Shown here: piece after piece, positions 30,268 to 38,656 of the stretch
Layout of the letters: each line of letters begins with the position of its first letter
Numbering within the stretch: the stretch's first letter is position 1
From: a candidate division FCPU426 bacterium
GTDB taxonomy: Bacteria; Oederibacteriota; Muellerivitia; Muellerivitales; Muellerivitaceae
Length of the DNA: 64,000 bases
Assembly (NCBI GenBank): GCA_963738405.1
Contig: CAVTWJ010000023.1
Location: 377,826 to 441,825, forward strand
Direction: 5' to 3'
The notes under the pieces: generated by a model
Database searches by the model: none
Told to the model about the DNA's origin: nothing
Seen by the model: only the letters and a program-made list of their open reading frames with translations
Program-made: the position numbers and the translations under genes

Positions 30268-32610
30268 CTACCTCAACACCAGTACTTTGCAGATATGTTT
30301 TTCGATCCTTGCCCCCGCTTGAGCCTCGATCACCGCGTAATAGACCCCATTGGAAGCCGTGCCGGTGGTTCCCGTCCTCAAGTCCCAGTCCAAATCTTCC
30401 TCTTCCAAACCGTGACAGGCGTGAGTTTCGGAGCAAACTTCCCGGAAACTCGTCGTGAAAATCTTCAGATGGATGACGTTATAGGGTCCGCCCCCGCAAT
30501 GGAAATGCACCCGCCGTCCGTCGGTGGGGTTGGGGAATGGCACAGGGTTGCAGACCTTCTCCGGCGTGGCCGTCACGGTCCAGGTGGGGGTGCCCGGAAT
30601 GGGCGTCAGGGTATGTGTGGAGGTGGGCGTAAAGGTCGAGGTAATCGTCGCAGTAGGGGTCGATGTTTGAGTCGACGTGCAGGTGGGGGTCGTTGTTGGG
30701 GTGGAAGAAGATGTCAGGGTAGGGGTCGAGGTAAGCGTTGCGGTATTCGACTGGGTCGGGGTGCCGGTGGGCGTCTGCGTGGGGGTGGAAGTGGGCGTTT
30801 GGGTTGAGGTCGCAGTCGAGGTCGAGGTCGCCGTGAAGGTTGCGGTGAAAGTGCACGTGGAAGTCGGAGTAGAGGTGACAGTGGATGTGTAGGTCGGCGT
30901 AAATTCGGGGAGGAGAGAGGCGGACGAGCTATTTACTTCACCCATCACGAGGGTCCAGGTGGTCCCATAAAGCTCGCAGATTTGATCCCAGGTCAAGGTT
31001 TCCCGAAGAACCATCAGGTCGTGGGGATGGCAGCCGCAATGCCTCGTGATGACGATAATCACGTAAGTCGTCGTAGGATCCAGTCCCAAGGCACGGGCCT
31101 CATCCACAATGGAAACGGGAACGTTAAAGGCCGTGGCCACCGCCGTATCGGTGTTCGCGTAGGTTTGGGTGGGGACGGACACGGGGGTATCCGTCGGCTG
31201 GGGAGTGAAGGTTCCGGTCGGGGTAAAGGTCCCGGTGGGAGTCGAGGTGGCCGTGGGAGTGTAGGACTGGGTGGGAACGAGCGTCAGGGTCGGCGTCAGG
31301 CTGATGGTGGGGGTCATGGTCCAGGTGGGCGGGTTGATGCAATTGGACAGGACATACTGGATCGCCGTCGGGACGGGGGAAGGCAGGTAGTTGGGGTCGG
31401 GTGTGGCCTTCAAGTTGCACTGGCAGTTGGCCGGGTTGCCGGGGGTGACGGAGGTGAAGCAAAGCATCACGCCCGATCGGTTGCTCACGAAAAGCTGTCC
31501 GTCGGCCTCGGACCATCCCACGAAGGTCAGTTCAACCCCATGGTGGAGCCTCCACTCGATCTGGCCCGTCTGGCCGTCCAGACTGTAATAATCCCCGTGG
31601 CAGGCCGAGATATAAACCTTTCCGCAGGCTGTAAAAGCGCAGTTACGGGCGAAATTGCCGGTCAACTGGGTGCACCAAATCTTCGCGCCCGTGAAACGGT
31701 TGAGACCCCAGACCCTCCAAGAATCCCCGGGAACAATCAGCACATCCCCGCATAGGGACATATTCCCGTCCGTCTCCCCGATGACCGTATGGGTATCCGC
31801 GGTCCAGACCAGGGACCCGTCCACCCGGCTTCGGCATTCCACTTGGCTCAAGCACCCTAGGCTGTAGATGTACTCGTCCGAAAGAAGCGGGCAGCTGTAG
31901 TGGATCATGTTTTGTTTGACGTGCCATTCAACCGCGCCGTTAGAGGCATTGAGGCAGAACAGGTCCCCGTTGTAGGTGGCCAGGTAGAGGGAGCCATTGT
32001 CATAGGCCGGGGTGCAGGTGCCGTCCTGGTGGGCGGCGCCGAAATAGGCGCTGAAGTCGAAATGCCAGACGACGCTCTGGGTATCCGGGTCCAGGCAGAT
32101 AAATCCCGCCCCGCCGTTCCCCACGAAGATCTTTCCGTTCACGTAAAGGGGCGATGAATATTGCATGGGGTTCCCGTTGGGCTGGTGGTCGAAAGTCCAG
32201 ACCACGTTTCCGGTCTGCGGGTCCAGGGCCACCGTGTCGCCGTTGGTACAGCAGACATAAAGCCGGTTCCGGTCCGGATCGTAACAAGGGGCGTTCCAGA
32301 GACTGGTGGTGTCGTTGCAAACCCATGTCCAGAGGATCTTCCCCGTCGCCCGGTCGTAACAGCGGACCCCCTTGAAGTAGGTTTGAACCACCCGGTCGCT
32401 CAAGATGACGGGATTGCTGACGGGATCGCTGATGTTCATGGAAGAGGGCATCATCCATTGAACCTGCAGCGGATTGTGCAGGGGCGTGGGGTTCAAGTTG
32501 TGGGCATCGCGGCGCGGATCGCCGCATTCCATGGGATAGAGATTCCCCGCCATCGCGGGAAGGGTGGCGGCCCAAAGGCCGATGAGAAGAAGGGTTTGTT
32601 TTAGTGACAT
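30268..32610 (-). CDS. Secreted PQQ/BamB-type beta-propeller protein with Thr-x stalks, CGC domain and CTD
   Basis: Repeated (A/C)LDxxTGxxxW blades, TxT linkers, C-terminal PFPNP...LKIFT...WD...SNGVYY...KVLVLR. Confidence 0.85.
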   Translation of the reverse strand: MSLKQTLLLIGLWAATLPAMAGNLYPMECGDPRRDAHNLNPTPLHNPLQVQWMMPSSMNISDPVSNPVILSDRVVQTYFKGVRCYDRATGKILWTWVCNDTTSLWNAPCYDPDRNRLYVCCTNGDTVALDPQTGNVVWTFDHQPNGNPMQYSSPLYVNGKIFVGNGGAGFICLDPDTQSVVWHFDFSAYFGAAHQDGTCTPAYDNGSLYLATYNGDLFCLNASNGAVEWHVKQNMIHYSCPLLSDEYIYSLGCLSQVECRSRVDGSLVWTADTHTVIGETDGNMSLCGDVLIVPGDSWRVWGLNRFTGAKIWCTQLTGNFARNCAFTACGKVYISACHGDYYSLDGQTGQIEWRLHHGVELTFVGWSEADGQLFVSNRSGVMLCFTSVTPGNPANCQCNLKATPDPNYLPSPVPTAIQYVLSNCINPPTWTMTPTISLTPTLTLVPTQSYTPTATSTPTGTFTPTGTFTPQPTDTPVSVPTQTYANTDTAVATAFNVPVSIVDEARALGLDPTTTYVIIVITRHCGCHPHDLMVLRETLTWDQICELYGTTWTLVMGEVNSSSASLLPEFTPTYTSTVTSTPTSTCTFTATFTATSTSTATSTQTPTSTPTQTPTGTPTQSNTATLTSTPTLTSSSTPTTTPTCTSTQTSTPTATITSTFTPTSTHTLTPIPGTPTWTVTATPEKVCNPVPFPNPTDGRRVHFHCGGGPYNVIHLKIFTTSFREVCSETHACHGLEEEDLDWDLRTGTTGTASNGVYYAVIEAQAGARIEKHICKVLVLR

Positions 32611-33716
32611 ACCGGCACCACCTCCGTCACAGCCTGGGCATAGATCAAGTGGTCCGGCATGGGGACCGGCTGTGTCATCGGATACTGGGACGGGTCATTG
32701 GCGTCCGCACGCATGATCATGATGGGGGTGTCAACCTCCGGCGCCAGGGTGGCGATGCGGGTTTGAAGATCCGTCACGAAGGTCGACCAATCCAGCCCGT
32801 AATGGGCGCAGATCTCATCCCAGCTCATGGTCAGCCGCAATTGCATGATGTCGGAAGGCTGACAGCCGCAGGTGGCGCCTAAGCGCATGATGATGTAGGA
32901 GGTCTGGCTATCCAGGTAAAGCAGGCGGCAGGCATTGACGAACTGGACGGTGCATCCGAAGGCCGCAGAACAGGTACTCGACCCATTGGTGTAGATCAGG
33001 GTAATAGGACCGGAAGGAGTGGGCGTATCGGTGGGTGTTTGGGTCATCCAGGGAGTGGGAGTCGGTGTGGGTGTATAGGTCGGCGTATCGGACAAAACCA
33101 CGGTCATGGTGTAGACCGGGGTATTGATGAAAGTCGCCGTGGGGGTGGGGGTCGGCGTATTGGGCGTCGGGGTGATGGAGATCGTGGGGCTGATGGTTTT
33201 CGTGAAGGTAGGGGTAGAGGTCGGCAAGGCCGAGCAAACCGTTACCGGAAGGGCGATCTGGCTGTCAGGAGGGGTGGAACAATCCAGGCCGCCCGTTCGG
33301 CCCGCCATAACAAACATATATCGGGTACCTAAAACGGCGTTGGACGGAATATTGAAAACCCAGGTAATGGGCCTGCAAAAAGTAACCGGTAATGCGTCGA
33401 GAGAATTCCATCCCGCGGAGGGAGTCGTGTCGGCCACATTGATCCCGTTTGAGTCCACTACAAAAAACTGGCTGGCATCCCCGCAGGGGAGAAGAGTCGC
33501 GCTATCGGAAGTATTGAGGGCGGCAAAAAAATAGGAGTTGCTGTTGGTTAAGTTTTGACAATAGTTTACGGTGACCGTAACCGGTTGGCCCGGACAGGTC
33601 CCATTGGAATTGTAAGAGTAGTTATAAATATTGGTGGCGGCAGAGGTACTAGACGCCGCCACCAAAAAAGCCGCCATCCAGAAAAATAGGAACAACCTCT
33701 TCATAGCGATACCCAT
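32601..33716 (-). CDS. Secreted protein with Cys-containing N-domain, Thr/Pro stalk and CGC domain
   Basis: Signal peptide (alternative start 33704); overlaps the downstream gene start by 10 nt. Confidence 0.8.
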   Translation of the reverse strand: MGIAMKRLFLFFWMAAFLVAASSTSAATNIYNYSYNSNGTCPGQPVTVTVNYCQNLTNSNSYFFAALNTSDSATLLPCGDASQFFVVDSNGINVADTTPSAGWNSLDALPVTFCRPITWVFNIPSNAVLGTRYMFVMAGRTGGLDCSTPPDSQIALPVTVCSALPTSTPTFTKTISPTISITPTPNTPTPTPTATFINTPVYTMTVVLSDTPTYTPTPTPTPWMTQTPTDTPTPSGPITLIYTNGSSTCSAAFGCTVQFVNACRLLYLDSQTSYIIMRLGATCGCQPSDIMQLRLTMSWDEICAHYGLDWSTFVTDLQTRIATLAPEVDTPIMIMRADANDPSQYPMTQPVPMPDHLIYAQAVTEVVPVCH

Positions 33717-33874
33717 ATTTCTTCAAATGACTTCAAAGATCGGGACGGACCGCGGGAAAAAACTTTCCAGGAGTCCATCCGAAGCGCCAAAAAATTTAGA
33801 GACCTTCTCTTTCGCCCAAGCCGGTGGATATTTCCCCGGTCTTTAAGCTTTACGAACAACGACTTTTCTAAAAG

Positions 33875-33890
33875 GCACTATCCGTGCCAA
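33875..33890 (-). promoter_or_regulatory. Putative sigma54 (-24/-12) promoter
   Basis: Minus strand TTGGCACGGATAGTGC: GG-N10-GC spacing, one mismatch to TGGCAC-N5-TTGC; AT-rich tract upstream. Confidence 0.6.
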
Positions 33891-34141
33891 TTCAAAAAAA
33901 TATTGTTTTCAATCAGGTTTATCGATGCTTTATTTTTTTACTTAGGGAATACGCCCGGATTTCCGCGTTTATTTTTTGTCGATTGAAGAAGATTTGAACA
34001 CCCCGGGAACTTTTTTGAATTTGCCGGGTTGATGAGAAAGAAAGGGATGCCAACCGCATCAACACTTCAAGAAACAGGCATGCCTCAAACTGCAAGGCGC
34101 GAACTATTCAAACTCAATAGTCGAAACAGGGAAAAGAAATT

Positions 34142-35125
34142 TTAAGGCCCGTATATTTTCACGGCGGGAAAGTCCACCACATAGGCTTTTCCGGAAGCGC
34201 TCATACACATGTAATCGATGTTGCCCAAGGCATTCGCGCCCGTGGTTCCCCATTGGCAGAGGTAAGTGCCATTGACGTTAAAATCCTGCACCCGGTGGTA
34301 GCCGTAATCGGTGACATAAACGACGCCATTTTTATCCACGCAGATGCCGCAAGAGAGGGTTCCAAACTGGCCGGGTCCGGCGCCCGGGCCTCCGAATTTG
34401 CACTGATAGGTCCCCGTATTGTTGTATTTGTAAACGCAGGAAGTGGAATAGTCCGGGGTATAAATACCGCCCCAGTTGTCGGAACAGATTCCGTCCGGAT
34501 CGCTGGAGTTGTTGTCCCAAGCGCCGTTCGTGCTCCAACTGGTGATAAAGGCCCCGGTATTGTTGAATTTTTGAACGTTTTGATTGGTCGCATCTACCAC
34601 GTAAATATTGTTGGCTGAATCCGCGCAAATGCCCCGCGGGGCGTTGAATTTGCCCTGACCTGAGCCGTAGGTTCCCCACGTGGTGATGACAGTTCCCATA
34701 TTCGTGAATTTTTGAACGCTTTCGTCGCCCTCATCCACTTCATAAATATTGTTGGAGGCATCGGAACAAATGCCGGACATGATGTTGAATTGGCCGCTCC
34801 ATTGGCTGAGATAATTTCCGGCGCTGTCGAATTTTTGAATGCGGTAATTGTTCCGATCCAAGACATAGACGTTTCCAGAGGAGTCATTACAAACGCCGTA
34901 GGGCCTACCGTTAAACTGCCCGTTCCCGGAGCCCGAACCGCCGAACTGGGAAATGTAATTGAGGGGCTGGGCCGAAGTGACGATAGGCGGGCCCGACGGT
35001 GTGGGGGAAGCTTGAGGCGTTGGGGTGATCCCGGGCGATAGGGGTAGGCGGGATTTGATGGTGCAACCGGAGAAGATGAAGTCCCCGGCCAAGACTAAAC
35101 AAAGGAAAACCAAAGTTTTTTTCAT
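34142..35125 (-). CDS. NHL-repeat (six-bladed propeller) lipoprotein
   Basis: Lipobox FSGC; repeats GQFN..P.G(V/I)C.DSS.N(V/I)YV.D..N.R(I/V)QKF. Confidence 0.88.
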   Translation of the reverse strand: MKKTLVFLCLVLAGDFIFSGCTIKSRLPLSPGITPTPQASPTPSGPPIVTSAQPLNYISQFGGSGSGNGQFNGRPYGVCNDSSGNVYVLDRNNYRIQKFDSAGNYLSQWSGQFNIMSGICSDASNNIYEVDEGDESVQKFTNMGTVITTWGTYGSGQGKFNAPRGICADSANNIYVVDATNQNVQKFNNTGAFITSWSTNGAWDNNSSDPDGICSDNWGGIYTPDYSTSCVYKYNNTGTYQCKFGGPGAGPGQFGTLSCGICVDKNGVVYVTDYGYHRVQDFNVNGTYLCQWGTTGANALGNIDYMCMSASGKAYVVDFPAVKIYGP

Positions 35126-35358
35126 ATCTAGCCTCTTTAAAAACAACCTCTGTGAATGATGTGAGAAATTTTCTTCCTCAAGGTCTCTAACCTATAGACG
35201 GAAATACCCGACTTTTATTCCATCAAAATTCAGTCTTAAGAATTGCGCCCGGAATAAGGCTGGCCTTTTAATTTTTAAATGAAATTCTTTGGAATAAATG
35301 TCTGTTTAGCCCCTCCATAAGGTAGGAGCCAAGTTCAGGGTTCCGAGGGAGTTTCGAT

Positions 35359-36456
35359 ATGAATAGGACAAAGATAATAGTGTTGAGTATTGGGTTTTCG
35401 TCCTTTTTAATATCTTTAATCCTTGTGACTAGTTGTTCCCAAAGGGTGACTCTCCCGACCGCTCCCCCTTCACCGGGCAGCGTTCAAAGTAATACTCCTA
35501 CCCACACCTCTACCGGGACGCCGACGGCCATTGCTTCATCCACTTCAACAATGACCTCCACCAGTACCGGAACCCCGATCCCCGACCCGGGAACCTTCAC
35601 TCGGACTCCCACTGTGGATGGAACCCCTACCGCCACCATCACTTTTACAATGACTGCCACGACCTCTTTTACACCACCACTTTTCTATACCGCCACTTTG
35701 AAGCCCTCCGGCACCCCCACCCAAACCCCTACGCCGACCATGACCTTTCCCCCGGGCACCCACACCCCCACACCCGTTTTTACGGCAACTTATACCATCA
35801 GTTACACCAATACGGTCACGATGACACCCACCACCACCTTCACGCCCACCTGGACCGGCACCCTGCCGACCTCCACCTTCACCCTGACCCAAACCTCCAC
35901 CCCAACTTTCCTTTGCACCACGCCCCTGGGAAATCTGGGCGACAGTACCGCCGGTTCGACCATGACCTATGACATCTATAAAATTCATTTCGTCCAGGCG
36001 GTCCTGTCCCAGGACGGGGTGGTGGACCACTTGATGGTTTACTTGCAAAATTGCGACGCCATGGTGGCGATCTACACCGATAACAACGGCCAACCGGGGG
36101 CCCTGCTGGTCCAATCCAACTCCACACGCGGAAATGGGCTCACCCCCGTCCTAGTGCCGCCCACCGTATTATCCGCAGGCACCTATTGGCTGGCGCTCCA
36201 AGCGGACGGTTACTTCAGGGAAAAATATAGCGCGACCTACACCGGATGGCTTGAAAACCCCTGGGCCTATGGGCCTTTCCCACCGACCGTGACATTTGGA
36301 AACCAGGTCACGACGGGCGAGCCGGATCTGTACGCGCCCTATTGCCCGCTCAATGGCACCCCCACTGTCACCGCCACGCCCACCCCGGTGGGAACCTGGT
36401 TCACCCCCACCCCCATCTTCACCATCACACAAACCGTAACGCCCACGCCTACCTGA
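35359..36456 (+). CDS. Lipoprotein with Thr-x stalks flanking a beta-sandwich domain
   Basis: Lipobox VTSC; TxT regions; AIYTDNNGQPG...LSAGTYWLAL domain. Confidence 0.8.
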   Translation: MNRTKIIVLSIGFSSFLISLILVTSCSQRVTLPTAPPSPGSVQSNTPTHTSTGTPTAIASSTSTMTSTSTGTPIPDPGTFTRTPTVDGTPTATITFTMTATTSFTPPLFYTATLKPSGTPTQTPTPTMTFPPGTHTPTPVFTATYTISYTNTVTMTPTTTFTPTWTGTLPTSTFTLTQTSTPTFLCTTPLGNLGDSTAGSTMTYDIYKIHFVQAVLSQDGVVDHLMVYLQNCDAMVAIYTDNNGQPGALLVQSNSTRGNGLTPVLVPPTVLSAGTYWLALQADGYFREKYSATYTGWLENPWAYGPFPPTVTFGNQVTTGEPDLYAPYCPLNGTPTVTATPTPVGTWFTPTPIFTITQTVTPTPT

Positions 36457-36652
36457 AGGTTTGGTGGCGCGGGAAGAACTATCCTCTTTGGTGCCAACCG
36501 CTATTAATTTTTGAATGCCCTAAAAGGCGACGTTTAGAAAAAACAAAAGTTTCGCCCCCGGGAATCTTTTAAAACTTTCTTTCCAGTCCCTTCCCAAAAA
36601 CCCTTTCGTCAGAATGGATGAAGGTTTAAACCCGGCTCTGTGGGAGGCTTTT

Positions 36653-37324
36653 ATGCGGAAACTTATGGCTTTGATCTTCTCGTTATTGGCGGTTTTGCCG
36701 CGCATGGCCTTGGCCCAAACCCAGCCAGGAAATAACCCTATCCCCGCCGTTTCACACGCAAGAAGTAAGACAAAAAGGAAAAAGCAGGCTATTCCCAACC
36801 CCGAATTCACGCCGATTGACGTGAATCAGCAATCTTTTGAATATTACGACGCCGACTCCGGATGGTCTTTGGCCACCTCGACCAGCTATTCCTATAAGGG
36901 GTCGCCCCTTACGGACACGAAGGATTTCGAGCGGGTTATTTCCCCCTTGAAGGACCCGGAGGCGGATAGCCTTCTTCAATCGGCGGCGGATGAGGACGGC
37001 TGGGGCCAGGGCTTTTTATGGGGCGGGATCGCCCTGGAAGCGGCGGGCTGGACCGACTTTACGGTAGAAATGCTCGGCATGGAATCGACCGATGCTTCAG
37101 GCCATATCACCGACCATGTTCCCAATATGGTGCCTTCCACCCTCATGATCCTGGGAGGGGTGGGGGCCATTCTGAAGGGGGTCTTTACCCAGATCGACGC
37201 CACAACCGACCGGGCCAGCGCCGTAGAGCGCTATAACGCGGTGGTTCAAACCGACAATAACCTGTCGATGATGGTTCTGCCGGGTACCCAGGCGGTTGGA
37301 TTAAGCCTCACCCAGGCCTTTTGA
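36653..37324 (+). CDS. Secreted/membrane hypothetical protein (paralog of 37689-38345)
   Basis: GGGAGG RBS, signal peptide ALA-Q, two Gly-rich hydrophobic helices, ends GLSLTQAF. Confidence 0.75.
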   Translation: MRKLMALIFSLLAVLPRMALAQTQPGNNPIPAVSHARSKTKRKKQAIPNPEFTPIDVNQQSFEYYDADSGWSLATSTSYSYKGSPLTDTKDFERVISPLKDPEADSLLQSAADEDGWGQGFLWGGIALEAAGWTDFTVEMLGMESTDASGHITDHVPNMVPSTLMILGGVGAILKGVFTQIDATTDRASAVERYNAVVQTDNNLSMMVLPGTQAVGLSLTQAF

Positions 37325-37345
37325 GAGGGGATTAGGCGGATACCC

Positions 37346-37660
37346 CAAAATTCCGTTATTTTGCTTGTCGGATACTCCGACAAGCAAAACCCTTGTTTTA
37401 TGGCCTATGGGGTTGAGCCAACCCGGTTTGTCCAGAGTCTGGACAAAATAATTGGCCGCAAGATCAAAAGTCCTAAATTCCTTTATTTTGCGTGTCCGAG
37501 TATCGGACACTGAAAATAAGGGTTTCCGTGATTTTTTGGGAAATTCCCAAAATATTCAAAAACCCCTTATTTTTAGGTGCGGATACTCCGCACAGCAAAA
37601 TCCTTATTTTATGGCCTATGAGGGTTGAATCCATTTGATTTGACCGAAGTCCGGGCAAAA
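37346..37660. repeat. Mosaic cluster of palindromic repeats (REP/BIME-like)
   Basis: Three GA-TAC-TC hairpin units in +,-,+ orientation alternating with other palindromes; a ~70-bp direct repeat at ~37346-37416 and ~37557-37628. Confidence 0.8.
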
Positions 37661-37688
37661 GTGCCACTTTCCCTATTGGGATCGGGGG

Positions 37689-38345
37689 CTAAAACCTCTG
37701 GATGAATACCAATCCCGGCAGGTTCATTTGAGGCATAAGCATCATCGATAGGTTCTTATCAGGTGCCACCAGATGGTTATAGCGAATAACGGCCCCATGA
37801 AGGTTTTGGCTGGCGTTGCCCTCTAAAATTAAACCGATGATCGCCAAAGCTCCACCGGCCCCTCCCATCACCCAGGCCAAGGTCGTATCGGGCGGGGTAT
37901 AGGTAGTCGTCGTAAGGGGCACCGGGAATGGCGCGTTGTTCGCAGTCGTCTTGCTTGTGCCAGAAGCGGTCGCATAGTAAACAACTCCCCCAACGACCAG
38001 GAGGCCGCCCGCTATATCGAAAACATCACTTAAGGATTTTTGGCCAGCAGCAGTCTTTAACAAACGGCTCGCTTCCGGATCATTGAGAGGGTCTATCACA
38101 GCCTTTATTTGTTCATAATTCTGCAATTGACGCCCTTGATAATAAAGATCCTCGGAAGGTTTCTTGTCCGTTCCGGTCTGTTGGAATTCAATCGGTTTTA
38201 AATTTTGCGGGGTAATGGGTTGAGGCGGGGTTAATGGGGCGGAAGAAATGTTTGTATTTTTAGAGGGTTCCGATTGATCCTGCGCGTAAACCATGCCCTG
38301 GGACAACAAAATGGCGACCAAAATTAATACTAGCGCCCTATTCAT
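37689..38345 (-). CDS. Secreted/membrane hypothetical protein (paralog of 36653-37324)
   Basis: GGGAG RBS, signal peptide VYA-Q, PLNDPEA..LL..AA, RYN...NLSMM, ends GLVFIQRF. Confidence 0.75.
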   Translation of the reverse strand: MNRALVLILVAILLSQGMVYAQDQSEPSKNTNISSAPLTPPQPITPQNLKPIEFQQTGTDKKPSEDLYYQGRQLQNYEQIKAVIDPLNDPEASRLLKTAAGQKSLSDVFDIAGGLLVVGGVVYYATASGTSKTTANNAPFPVPLTTTTYTPPDTTLAWVMGGAGGALAIIGLILEGNASQNLHGAVIRYNHLVAPDKNLSMMLMPQMNLPGLVFIQRF

Positions 38346-38656
38346 ATACTCTCCCAAAAATATCATTTAAATCCCTGACGGCATTTTACTTCCCCCCTCA
38401 CAATAGAGATCTTTTTTTCAAAATAAATTGATGGAAATATTAATCCTGGTAAACCAATTAAACTCGGTTTGTTGTTAATGAACTTGTGTTAGGTAAAGGT
38501 GGGTTCCGTCAGGGTTTTTGAAAAGGGCAAGGACCTTTACAGGCTGGGCTCTTTGCTAGAAACAGATAACCGACTTCTATTTTTTGTATTCTGGCCAAAT
38601 TTTTACCTTTGTTATAATTAAGCTTGTATTGGCTTTAAATTTATAAGGTGGGTTAC

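Noticed and set aside
37346..37660. Mini CRISPR array
   Set aside because: Units alternate in orientation, their stems differ, the intervening segments are themselves palindromic or repeated, and there are no cas genes.
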